Source: Pseudomonas aeruginosa (lineage in GTDB: Bacteria; Pseudomonadota; Gammaproteobacteria; Pseudomonadales; Pseudomonadaceae). Taken from it: a stretch of 32,000 nt of DNA. Below are positions 1 to 10,325 of the stretch, piece by piece (the stretch's first letter is position 1; every line of letters starts with the position of its first letter). The notes beneath the pieces were generated by a model. The model was not told where the DNA came from, made no database searches, and saw nothing but the letters and a program-made list of their open reading frames with translations. The translations under genes and the position numbers were made by a program. The stretch spans positions 5,700,001 to 5,732,000 of the forward strand of contig NZ_LN831024.1 of NCBI RefSeq assembly GCF_001457615.1, in the 5' to 3' direction.

Positions 1-1502
1 TCGGCGTTGTGGTCCTGGCGCTGGTCGGCGTGGTGACGGTGGCCGAGCACCAGCCGGCGAGTCTGGCCGACGACGTGATCGGCATCGCCGTGGTCCTGCT
101 CGGCTACGCGGCCATGGCCTGGCTGCTCAGCCGCCTGCTGTTCAGCAGCCCCGGCGACGAACGTCCGTCGCTGATCAAGATGATCGTCGGCATCCTCTTC
201 ACCGCGCTGCCGCTGGTGCTCTTCGTCGCGGTCTGCTTCGGCTACTACTACACCTCGCTGAAGCTCACCGACCGTCTCATCGATACCCTTTACCTGCTGC
301 TGCTCTGGTTCGTCATCGAAGCCGCCTTCGTCCGCGGCCTGGGCGTGGCGGCCCGGCGCCTGGCCTACGCCCGGGCCCTGGCGAAACGGCAGAACGCGGC
401 GAAGGAAGGCGTCGACGGCGAGACCAACGTCGAGGAGCCGACCCTCGGCATCGAGCAGATCAACCAGCAATCGCTGCGGCTGATCCGCCTGGCCCTGCTG
501 ATCGGCTTCATCGTCTGCCTGTACTGGGTCTGGGCCGACCTGATCAGCGTGATCTCCTACCTCGACAACGTCACCCTGTACCAGTACACCGCCGGCACCG
601 GCGAAGCGGCCACCAGCGTGCCGATCAGCCTGCGCGACTTCCTCGCGGCGCTGGCCATCGCGGTGGTCACCGTGGCCTTGGCGCGCAACCTGCCCGGCCT
701 GCTGGAAGTCCTGGTACTGCAGCGCCTGACCCTGGCCCAGGGCAGCGCCTACGCCACCACCACCCTGCTTTCCTACGCCATCAGCGGCATCGGCATCGTC
801 AGCGCCCTGTCTACCCTCGGGGTCAGCTGGGACAAGCTGCAATGGCTGGTGGCGGCGCTCTCGGTAGGCCTCGGTTTCGGCCTGCAGGCGATCTTCTCCA
901 ACTTCGTCTCCGGCCTGATCATCCTCTTCGAGCGTCCGGTACGAATCGGCGACGTGGTGACCATCGGCAACCTGTCCGGCACGGTCAGCCGGATCCGCAT
1001 CCGCGCCACCACCATCACCGATTTCGACCGCAAGGAGATCATCGTCCCGAACCAGACCTTCATCACCGGGCAACTGGTGAACTGGTCGCTGAGCGATACC
1101 GTGACCCGGGTCACCATCAAGATCGGCCTGGCCTACGAGACCGACCTGCCGCTGGCGCGCAAGCTGATGATGCAGGCGGTCAAGGAAAACCCGCGGGTAC
1201 TGCGCGACCCGGAGCCGCTGCTGTACTTCCTGACCATCAGCGCCAGTACCTTCGACTACGAGCTGCGCTTCCACGTCCGCGAACTGGGCGACCGCAATCC
1301 CTCTACCGACGAGATCCTGACGAAGATCGCCACCAGCTTCCGCGAACACAAGATCGACATGGCTTTCAACCAGGTCGATGTGTTCGTCAAGAACCTCCAG
1401 GGCCAGCAGGTCCAGCTGTTCGTCGGCGAGCCGCAGCACAGCGGCGTCGGCAATCCGCCCGCGCTCAAGGGCCAGGACGGTCCCGCCGAACCGACCCGCT
1501 GA
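1..1502 (+). CDS. MscS-family mechanosensitive channel, MscK/KefA-like; C-terminal ~497 codons only (5' end is upstream of the window)
   Basis: The frame is open from the window edge (codon phase from nt 3), with stop TGA at 1500-1502. Several hydrophobic helices are followed by the MscS beta-domain signature PVRIGDVVTIGNLSGTVSRIRIRATTITDFDRKEIIVPNQ. The position fits my recollection of PA5022. Confidence 0.85.
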   Translation, partial: GVVVLALVGVVTVAEHQPASLADDVIGIAVVLLGYAAMAWLLSRLLFSSPGDERPSLIKMIVGILFTALPLVLFVAVCFGYYYTSLKLTDRLIDTLYLLLLWFVIEAAFVRGLGVAARRLAYARALAKRQNAAKEGVDGETNVEEPTLGIEQINQQSLRLIRLALLIGFIVCLYWVWADLISVISYLDNVTLYQYTAGTGEAATSVPISLRDFLAALAIAVVTVALARNLPGLLEVLVLQRLTLAQGSAYATTTLLSYAISGIGIVSALSTLGVSWDKLQWLVAALSVGLGFGLQAIFSNFVSGLIILFERPVRIGDVVTIGNLSGTVSRIRIRATTITDFDRKEIIVPNQTFITGQLVNWSLSDTVTRVTIKIGLAYETDLPLARKLMMQAVKENPRVLRDPEPLLYFLTISASTFDYELRFHVRELGDRNPSTDEILTKIATSFREHKIDMAFNQVDVFVKNLQGQQVQLFVGEPQHSGVGNPPALKGQDGPAEPTR

Positions 1503-3029
<1,527 letters not shown>

Positions 3030-3179
3030 CGGGATACCCTGACAGAACGGCGGCCGATAATGCCGCAATGGAATAAATACCTTCGGAAAACTTCTTAGAC
3101 GCACTAAGAAAAGCCGATTATCTTCGCCGCCACACTTATTCCAGCCTGTTCTACCACCTCCTGTCAGGCGCCTTGCCGC

Positions 3180-4154
3180 ATGAAGATACGCGACCTCGAT
3201 CTCAGCCAGAGTTCGATCAACACCGAACACCAGGCGCTAGGTCTGCCTCCTGTCGAAGATTTCGTCACCCATCCGGACGACCACCCGGTACTGCGCGCCG
3301 CCATGTGGGCGGCGGTGCTGATCCTGGTCGGCCTGCTCGCCTTCCTGGCCTGGCGCCTGTTCTTCGACAACGGCGGCAGCAGCGGCTTCGAGATCATCGA
3401 GCAGGCCCTGACCAGCCGAGGTTTCTGGAGCGCGGTGGCGGTGGGCTTCTTCGCCCAGGTGATCGACGGTGCGCTGGGCATGGCCTACGGCATTACTGCC
3501 ACCACCTTCCTGCTCAGCGCTGGCGCCACGCCGGCCGCCGCCAGCGCCAGCGTGCACATCGCCGAAGTGTTCACCACCGGCTTTTCCGGGATTTCCCACG
3601 TCAAGCTCGGCAACGTCAACAAGTCACTCTTCCTCCGCCTGCTGCTGCCGGGAATGATCGGCGCGGTGCTCGGCGCCGTGCTGATCACCCGCTTCGACGG
3701 CCACCAGCTCAAGCCCTTCATCTCCGCCTACCTGCTGCTGATGGGCCTGTACATCCTGAGCAAGGCCTACCGCCACGTGATCAAGCGCCGGGCACCGCGC
3801 CACGTGGCCAAGCTGGCACTCTTCGGCGGCTTCGTCGATGCCGCCGGCGGCGGCGGCTGGGGCCCGGTGGTCACCAGCAGCCTGATCGGCTCGGGTAGCG
3901 ACCCGCGCACCACCATCGGCTCGGTGAACTTCGCCGAGTTCTTCCTGACCATCGCCAGCGCCACCTCCTTCATCCTCCTCGCCGGCCAGCCGGACACCTG
4001 GAAGATGGTCGCCGGACTGGTCTTCGGCGGCCTGTTCGCCGCGCCGTTCGCCGCCCTGCTGTGCAAGAAGCTTTCGCCGCGCACCCTGCTGGTCATCGTC
4101 GGCACCCTGATCACCCTGATCAGCGCCTACAACATCTACATCGGCCTGCGCTGA
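3180..4154 (+). CDS. TauE/SafE (DUF81) family inner-membrane anion/sulfite-exporter-like permease
   Basis: A 324-aa polytopic membrane protein. It has a Gly-rich motif (GGFVDAAGGGGWGPV) and a two-halves architecture typical of DUF81/TauE. The start is uncertain because there is no clear SD before ATG 3180. Confidence 0.65.
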   Translation: MKIRDLDLSQSSINTEHQALGLPPVEDFVTHPDDHPVLRAAMWAAVLILVGLLAFLAWRLFFDNGGSSGFEIIEQALTSRGFWSAVAVGFFAQVIDGALGMAYGITATTFLLSAGATPAAASASVHIAEVFTTGFSGISHVKLGNVNKSLFLRLLLPGMIGAVLGAVLITRFDGHQLKPFISAYLLLMGLYILSKAYRHVIKRRAPRHVAKLALFGGFVDAAGGGGWGPVVTSSLIGSGSDPRTTIGSVNFAEFFLTIASATSFILLAGQPDTWKMVAGLVFGGLFAAPFAALLCKKLSPRTLLVIVGTLITLISAYNIYIGLR

Positions 4155-4274
4155 CAGGCATAAGCGGCGAACACAACGGTCTAACCAGGCACGCTTTTCC
4201 TTGCCCGGGCGCATTGACCCGCCCGGCGCGCTTTCCCATGCTGCGTCCTTCCAATCTGCCCGAAGGAACGCTGC

Positions 4275-5551
4275 ATGAAACTGGAAACCCTGGCCGTCCA
4301 CGCCGGCTACAGCCCTGACCCGTCCACCCGCGCGGTGGCGGTGCCGATCTACCAGACCACCTCCTACGCTTTCGACGACACCCAGCATGGCGCCGACCTG
4401 TTCGACCTGAAGGTACCGGGCAACATCTACACACGGATCATGAACCCCACCAACGATGTACTGGAACAGCGCGTCGCGGCGCTGGAAGGCGGGGTCGGGG
4501 CGCTGGCGGTGGCCTCGGGGATGGCGGCCATCACCTACGCGATCCAGACCGTCGCCGAAGCCGGCGACAACATCGTCTCGGTGGCCAAGCTCTACGGCGG
4601 CACCTACAACCTGCTGGCCCACACCCTGCCACGCATCGGCATCCAGGCGCGCTTCGCCGCCCACGACGACATCGCCGCCCTGGAAGCGCTGATCGACGAG
4701 CGGACCAAGGCCGTGTTCTGCGAAACCATCGGCAACCCGGCGGGCAACATCATCGACCTGCAGGCACTGGCCGACGCCGCTCACCGCCACGGCGTACCGC
4801 TGATCGTCGACAACACGGTAGCCACCCCGGTGCTCTGCCGACCGTTCGAGCACGGTGCCGACATCATCGTGCACTCGCTGACCAAGTACATGGGCGGCCA
4901 CGGCACCAGCATCGGCGGGATCGTGGTCGACTCCGGCAAATTCGACTGGGCGGCGAACAAGTCGCGCTTCCCGCTGCTGAACACGCCCGATCCGTCCTAC
5001 CACGGCGTCACCTACACCGAGGCCTTCGGACCCGCCGCCTTCATCGGCCGCTGCCGGGTGGTACCGCTGCGCAACATGGGCGCGGCGCTCTCGCCGTTCA
5101 ACGCCTTCCTCATCCTCCAAGGCCTGGAGACCCTGGCGCTGCGCATGGAGCGCCACTGCGACAACGCCCTCGCCGTAGCCCGCTACCTGCAACAACATCC
5201 GCAGGTGGCCTGGGTGAAATACGCCGGCCTCGCCGACAACCCCGAGCACGCCCTGGCCCGGCGCTATCTGGGGGCCGCCCGGCGGCGATCCTGTCCTTCG
5301 GCATCCAGGGCGGCAGCGCCGCCGGCGCGCGCTTCATCGACGCCTTGAAGCTGGTGGTGCGGCTGGTCAACATCGGCGACGCCAAGTCCCTGGCCTGCCA
5401 CCCGGCGAGCACCACCCACCGCCAGTTGAACGCAGAGGAACTGGCCCGCGCCGGAGTCTCCGACGACATGGTGCGGCTGTCGATCGGCATCGAGCACATC
5501 GACGACATCCTCGCCGACCTCGACCAGGCCCTGGCCGCCGCCGCACGCTGA
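4275..5551 (+). pseudogene. metY: O-acetylhomoserine sulfhydrylase (Cys/Met-metabolism PLP enzyme) interrupted by an apparent 1-nt deletion at G-run 5270-5274; either a pseudogene or a sequencing error
   Basis: ORF 4275..5348 carries the PLP-lysine motif [11 protein letters not shown]. The conserved C-terminus (ILSFGIQGG...[22 protein letters not shown]) continues in the next frame to stop 5549-5551. The total of 1277 nt is 3n-1. SD GAAGGA lies 7 nt before ATG 4275. Confidence 0.85.
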
Positions 5552-5629
5552 GCGGATCGGTCAGTCCGGGCGAGCGTTTCGGTCCTTGCCCGGCCTGGCC
5601 GGCCGGCTAGTCTGGCTGGGATCCCCGAC

Positions 5630-6094
5630 ATGGAGAGCGCCATGCCACTGCCCACCGAACTCGCCAGGCACCTGACCGAAGAAAAGATCGCCTTCGTCCA
5701 GCGCAGCGGACTCAGGGCGGAAGTCCTCGAACCCGGCTACGTGCGCCTGCGCATGCCGGGCGCCGGCAACGAGAACCACATCGGCAGCATGTACGCAGGG
5801 GCGCTCTTCACCCTCGCCGAAATTCCCGGTGGCGCGCTGTTCCTGACCAGCTTCGACAGCGCCCGCTTCTATCCCATCGTCAAGGAGATGACCTTGCGCT
5901 TCCGCCGCCCGGCCAAGGGCGACATCCGCGTCGAGGCACGCCTGGATGCCGAGCGCATCCGCCAACTGGAAACCGAGGCCGGGGAGCGCGGCAAGGCCGA
6001 ATACAGCCTCGAACTGCAACTCACCGACGAGCAGGGGGAGGTGGTGGCGGAAAGCACCGCGCTGTACCAGCTACGCAGCCACGCGCGGCCCTGA
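5630..6094 (+). CDS. Hotdog-fold thioesterase-like protein (PaaI/YiiD_C/DUF4442-like)
   Basis: A 154-aa ORF. The central GSMYAGALFTLAEIPGGALF segment and its size fit the hotdog-fold family, but this assignment is from pattern memory only. A second ATG at 5642 is preceded by GGAGAG and is an alternative start. Confidence 0.55.
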   Translation: MESAMPLPTELARHLTEEKIAFVQRSGLRAEVLEPGYVRLRMPGAGNENHIGSMYAGALFTLAEIPGGALFLTSFDSARFYPIVKEMTLRFRRPAKGDIRVEARLDAERIRQLETEAGERGKAEYSLELQLTDEQGEVVAESTALYQLRSHARP

Positions 6095-6206
6095 CTGGCA
6101 GATTTCGCAGGGCACGGCGAAGGTTTTTTCTGCCATGGATCAAGGTCCGTAGCGAGCTGCGGCGCGACAGTGGAGAAGCCAGCGTAGCCATCCCACGGAG
6201 TCCGCC

Positions 6207-7021
6207 ATGATCCGCCACCTCCTGGTCGCCCACGACCTCACCCCGGAAGCCGACGTCGCCCTCGCCCGCGCCGCCCAACTGGCCCGCCAGCACGATGCGC
6301 GGGTCAGCCTGCTGCACGTGTACGACCCGGGGCTATCGGCGTCGGCGGTGAAGACCGTCAGCGCCATGCTGCAGCTCAAGCGCAAGGAGGCCGGCCTCGA
6401 CGAGGACAGCGCCATCCACCTGTTCAGGGGCCAGCCGATCGACGGCATCCTGCAGCAGACCCGGGCGCTCGAACCGGACCTGCTGCTGATGGGCGCACAC
6501 CACCAGAAGACCTTCGAACGCTTCGGCAACACCACCCTCGACCAGGTGGTGCGGCGCAGCCGGGTGCCGGTGCTGCTCGCCGTGCGCGAGGCGGACGAAC
6601 CCTACCGCCAGGCGCTCAGCGCCCTGGACTTTTCCCAGTGCGCCTGTACCGCGCTGCGCCAGGCCTACCGCCTGCTGCCGGTGGAAGCCGACCTGCACGC
6701 CCTGCACGTGTTCGAGTCCCCGACGACGGCGTGCTCGGCCTGCCCAGGCAGAATGCCGCGCACCTGGCCACCCAGGCCGGGCTGATCGAACAATTGCTGA
6801 GCGACGAGCAGGAGCGCCTGCCGGGCGTCGGGCCGCAGCTGAGCCACGAAGTGGTTCCCGGCGTGCTGCCGTACAGCCTGGACGCCGCGTTGAAGCAGCG
6901 CCAGCCGGAGCTGCTCGCCCTCGGCCGGCACAGCCGCAACGCGCTGATGCAGGCGCTGCTCGGCAACCTGGCGCAACGTTACCTGCGCCAGCCGAGCTGC
7001 GACGTCCTGGTTACCTCGTAG
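6207..7021 (+). pseudogene. Tandem universal stress protein (two UspA domains) interrupted by an apparent 1-nt deletion at C-run 6718-6721; either a pseudogene or a sequencing error
   Basis: Domain 1 is intact (LLLMGAHHQKTFERFGNTTLDQVVRRSRVPVLL). Domain 2 begins in frame 1 (ALSALDFS...LHALHVFE) and continues only in the next frame (PDDGVLGL...LLALGRHSRNALMQALLGNLAQRYLRQPSCDVLVTS), where it carries the USP C-terminal motif. The 815 nt total is 3n-1. SD GGAG lies 6 nt before ATG 6207. Confidence 0.8.
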
Positions 7022-7042
7022 AAGCGCTGCCGCAGAGGCTGC

Positions 7043-7810
7043 TCAGCTTTCGAGCAGCCCGTGCAACTCGACGAACTGCTGGGTCAACTTGTGCCGCGGT
7101 TCGAGGAAGATCAGCGGGGTACAAGCCTGGTGCGACTCGCGCATCTTCACCGAACTCATCAGGTACACCGGCAGCACCGGCAGTTCCTCCGCCACCAGCT
7201 CGTCGAGCAGTTGCTGCGGCAGGCTGGCGCGCGGCTGGAACTGGTTGACCACGATGCCCTCGACCTGCAGGTCTTCGTTGTGGTCGTCACGCAGTTCCTC
7301 GATCTCCTGGAGAAGGCCATACAGCGCCTGGCGGGAGAAGCTGTCGCAATCGAAGGGAATCAGGCAGCGATCGGCAGCGATCAGCGCAGATACCGTGTAG
7401 AAATTCAGTGCCGGCGGGGTATCCAGGTAGATCCGGTCGTAGTCTTCGTCCAGTTCGTCCAGCAATTTGCGCAGCTTGTTGATCTTGTGCTTCGACTCCA
7501 GCTTCGGCTGCAGGTCGGCCAGTTCGGGGCTGGAGGTGACGATGTGCAGGTTGTCGAACGGCGTCTCGTAGATCTCGACCCTGCCCTTCTTGCTGAAGGG
7601 CCCGGAAGACAAGGTCTGCTTGAAGAAGTCGGCGATCCCCACCGGCAGGTCCTCGCCGGTCAGTCCGGTCAGGTAGTGCGTGGAGTTGGCCTGGGCGTCC
7701 AGGTCCACCAGCAGGGTGCGATAGCCCTCCGCCGCGCTGACCGCCGCCAGGTTGCAGGCGATGCTGGACTTGCCTACCCCGCCTTTCTGATTGAACACCA
7801 CGCGCCGCAT
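7043..7810 (-). CDS. ParA/Soj/MinD-superfamily P-loop ATPase, orphan (no adjacent ParB)
   Basis: A 255-aa ORF with the deviant Walker A motif [10 protein letters not shown] near the N-terminus (nt 7763-7786), [12 protein letters not shown], and Walker B-like [14 protein letters not shown] lies 7 nt upstream of ATG 7810. Confidence 0.85.
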   Translation of the reverse strand: MRRVVFNQKGGVGKSSIACNLAAVSAAEGYRTLLVDLDAQANSTHYLTGLTGEDLPVGIADFFKQTLSSGPFSKKGRVEIYETPFDNLHIVTSSPELADLQPKLESKHKINKLRKLLDELDEDYDRIYLDTPPALNFYTVSALIAADRCLIPFDCDSFSRQALYGLLQEIEELRDDHNEDLQVEGIVVNQFQPRASLPQQLLDELVAEELPVLPVYLMSSVKMRESHQACTPLIFLEPRHKLTQQFVELHGLLES

Positions 7811-7900
7811 GGGAAATCTCCGTGAGCCGAGCCTGATCCCGGATGATAGGCAAAGCCGCGGGCAAGCGCGAGCGCCGTCTCGGTCCTGACGTAGAGCGGT

Positions 7901-8806
7901 TCAGCGCCGGCGCAGGCTGGCCGCCTCACGGGTCACCAGGTCGATGAAGGACAGCGCCAGCGGCGAGCCCTCGTTCTGCCGACGGACCAGCCATACCGCA
8001 GTCGTCGCCTCGGGATCGCTCAGGGTGCGGTAGACCACGCCGTCGACCCGGGTGCGGCGGAACGACGCCGGCAGGATCGACACCCCCAGTCCAGCCGAGA
8101 CCAGGCCGATGATGGTCATCGCCTCGCTGGCCTCCTGGGCGATGCGCGGGCTGAAGCCGGCCTGTCGGGTCAGGGCGATGACCTGGTCGTAGAGCCCGGT
8201 GCCGTAGCTGCGCGGGAAGAACACGAAGGGCTCCTCGGCCAGGGCGGCGATGGCCAGGCCATCCTCGCTGCCGGCCGCCAGCGGATGGTCGGCCCGCAGC
8301 ACCGCCACCAGCGGTTCGCGGAACAACTCCACCCAATGCACCGCATCCGGCAGCGCCAGCGGGCGGATCACGCCCACCTGCAGGCTTTCCTCGAGCAGCG
8401 CCTTGAGTACCTGGCGGCTGCTCATTTCCTGCAGGTCGAGGTGTACGTCCGGATAGGCCTTGCGGAAGGCATGGATGCTGCTGGGTATGGTCGAGGTGAA
8501 GGGTGCCGAGGAAGTGAAACCGATCTTCAGCTCGCCCAGTTCCCCCAGGTGGGCCCGACGCGCCAGCAACACCGCCTTGTCTACCTGGGCCAGCACCTGG
8601 CGGGACTCGTCGAGGAACAGCCGGCCGGCGTCGGTGAGTTCGACGCGGCGGTTGGTGCGCTCGAACAGGCGCGCACCGATTTCCTCCTCCAGCGCCTGGA
8701 TCTGCTGGCTCAACGGCGGCTGGGAGATCCCCAGGCGCTCGGCGGCGCGGCCGAAGTGCAGCTCCTCGGCGACGGCGATGAAATAGCGCAGGTGCCTGAG
8801 TTCCAC
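7901..8806 (-). CDS. LysR-type transcriptional regulator
   Basis: A 301-aa ORF. The N-terminal wHTH MELRHLRYFIAVAEELHFGRAAERLGISQPPLSQQIQALE is classic LTTR, followed by a C-terminal substrate-binding domain. The start is GTG 8806 with GGAGGGG 6 nt upstream. Confidence 0.9.
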   Translation of the reverse strand: MELRHLRYFIAVAEELHFGRAAERLGISQPPLSQQIQALEEEIGARLFERTNRRVELTDAGRLFLDESRQVLAQVDKAVLLARRAHLGELGELKIGFTSSAPFTSTIPSSIHAFRKAYPDVHLDLQEMSSRQVLKALLEESLQVGVIRPLALPDAVHWVELFREPLVAVLRADHPLAAGSEDGLAIAALAEEPFVFFPRSYGTGLYDQVIALTRQAGFSPRIAQEASEAMTIIGLVSAGLGVSILPASFRRTRVDGVVYRTLSDPEATTAVWLVRRQNEGSPLALSFIDLVTREAASLRRR

Positions 8807-8835
8807 GCGGCCCCTCCAATTAGGTCTTTTTACAT

Positions 8836-8850
8836 ATCAATCGTGTCGAT
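8836..8850. promoter_or_regulatory. Candidate LTTR box (ATC-N9-GAT, T-N11-A type) in the LysR/MFS divergent spacer
   Basis: ATCAATCGTGTCGAT lies in the AT-rich 175-bp spacer, about 30 bp from the lysR-type start. This is a pattern match only. Confidence 0.3.
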
Positions 8851-8857
8851 CAATATA

Positions 8858-8885
8858 TTGGAAATCATATAAACCTATCTATATC
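8858..8885 (+). promoter_or_regulatory. Candidate sigma70 promoter for the MFS gene (-35 TTGGAA, 16-nt spacer, -10 TATATC)
   Basis: Each hexamer matches consensus at 4/6 positions, and both lie in the AT-rich spacer. This is weak sequence-only evidence. Confidence 0.25.
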
Positions 8886-8981
8886 CTTTGCCACATAACC
8901 TCCAACAACGACCCCTTGTCCCTGAAATCCAGGTGGCGCGGCCTCGTTGTGCCTGCTCGCCACCGACCCCAGAGGTGCCCC

Positions 8982-10298
8982 GTGAGCAATCCGCAAGTCC
9001 GGCCACAGGCCGAAGAAGAACCCGCGTTAATCGAGGCGGCCCGCGAAGCAGCCAACGAGGTGCTGGAAGCCGCCACCGAAGTCGAACGCTATATCGAGAA
9101 AGGCACCCCGCAGTTCATGCGCACCTCGCTGGCGCTGTTCTCCGGCGGTTTCGCCACCTTTGCCCTGCTCTACTGCATCCAGCCGATGATGCCGGTGCTG
9201 TCCAAGGCGTTTTCCATCAGCGCCGCGGAAAGCAGCCTGGCATTGTCCGTCGCCACCGCCATGCTCGCCCTTGGCCTGCTGGTCACCGGCCCGATCTCCG
9301 ACGCGATCGGTCGCAAGCCGGTGATGGTCGTCTCGCTGCTGGCCGCCGCGCTGTTCACCCTCGGCAGCGCGGTGATGCCCACCTGGCATGGCGTGCTGCT
9401 GATGCGCGCGCTGGTCGGGCTGTCCTTGAGCGGCCTGGCCGCGGTGGCGATGACCTATCTCAGCGAAGAGATCCATCCGCAGCACATCGGCTTGTCGATG
9501 GGCCTGTACATCGGCGGCAACGCCATCGGCGGGATGAGCGGACGCCTGATCAGCGGCGTCCTGGTCGATTTCATCTCCTGGCATGCCGCACTGGCGGTCC
9601 TCGGCGGCCTGGCCCTGGTCGCCGCGCTGGTGTTCTGGCGCGTGCTGCCCGAATCGAAACACTTCCGGCCGGCACCGCTGAAGCCGGCGACCCTGCTCAA
9701 CGGCTACCGCTTGCACTTCCGCGACGCCGGACTGCCCTGGCTGTTCCTGATCGGTTTCCTGCTGATGGGCAGCTTCGTCACCCTGTTCAACTACATCGGC
9801 TACCGCCTGCTGGCCGAGCCCTACCACATGAGCCAGGCGGTGGTCGGCGTGCTCTCGGTGGTTTACCTCTCGGGCATCTACAGCTCGGCCTGGGTCGGTT
9901 CGCTGGCCGACAAGCTGGGGCGACGCAAGGTGCTCTGGGCGGTCATCCTGCTGATGCTCGGCGGCCTGCTGCTGACCCTGTTCGAGCCGATCCCGCTGAT
10001 GCTCGCCGGCCTGCTGCTATTCACCTTCGGCTTCTTCGGCGCGCACTCGGTGGCGAGCAGTTGGATCGGGCGCCGCGCCCTGCGCGCCAAGGGCCAGGCC
10101 TCGTCGCTCTACCTGTTCAGCTACTACGTCGGCTCGAGCCTGGCCGGCACCCTCGGCGGGGTGTTCTGGCATTACTACGGCTGGAACGGCATCGGGCTGT
10201 TCATCGGCTCGCTGCTGGTGGTCGCGGTATTGGTCTCGCTGCACCTGGCGCGCCTGCCGGCCCTGCCTGGCAACACCCTGGCGCAGGCCGCCCACTGA
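8982..10298 (+). CDS. Major facilitator superfamily transporter (12-TM type)
   Basis: Track ORF 8916..10298. I prefer in-frame GTG 8982, with AGAGG at 8971-8975 placed 6 nt upstream, giving 438 aa. It has multiple TM helices and the MFS loop motif GPISDAIGRKPVM (the D-R/K-x-G-R-R/K type between TM2 and TM3). Confidence 0.85.
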   Translation: MSNPQVRPQAEEEPALIEAAREAANEVLEAATEVERYIEKGTPQFMRTSLALFSGGFATFALLYCIQPMMPVLSKAFSISAAESSLALSVATAMLALGLLVTGPISDAIGRKPVMVVSLLAAALFTLGSAVMPTWHGVLLMRALVGLSLSGLAAVAMTYLSEEIHPQHIGLSMGLYIGGNAIGGMSGRLISGVLVDFISWHAALAVLGGLALVAALVFWRVLPESKHFRPAPLKPATLLNGYRLHFRDAGLPWLFLIGFLLMGSFVTLFNYIGYRLLAEPYHMSQAVVGVLSVVYLSGIYSSAWVGSLADKLGRRKVLWAVILLMLGGLLLTLFEPIPLMLAGLLLFTFGFFGAHSVASSWIGRRALRAKGQASSLYLFSYYVGSSLAGTLGGVFWHYYGWNGIGLFIGSLLVVAVLVSLHLARLPALPGNTLAQAAH

Positions 10299-10325
10299 GT
10301 TCGATGCGCCGGTCTCCCGGCGCCT

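Noticed and set aside
4203-4237. GC hairpin CCGGGCG-cattgacc-CGCCCGG (4205-4226), flanked by CGCTTTTCC / CGCTTTCCC repeats, as a terminator or riboswitch upstream of metY
   Set aside because: The stem is only 7 bp and there is no U-tract. I could not match it to SAM-riboswitch consensus elements from memory, so the evidence is insufficient.
5262-6725. Programmed ribosomal frameshifting as an explanation for the split metY and USP genes
   Set aside because: Restoring the frame needs a +1 shift, and I see no recognised +1 slippery or hungry-codon context. The downstream hairpin or pseudoknot I looked for belongs to -1 frameshift sites, and I saw none of those either. These families are not known to use recoding. 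Simple homopolymer length change is the more economical explanation.
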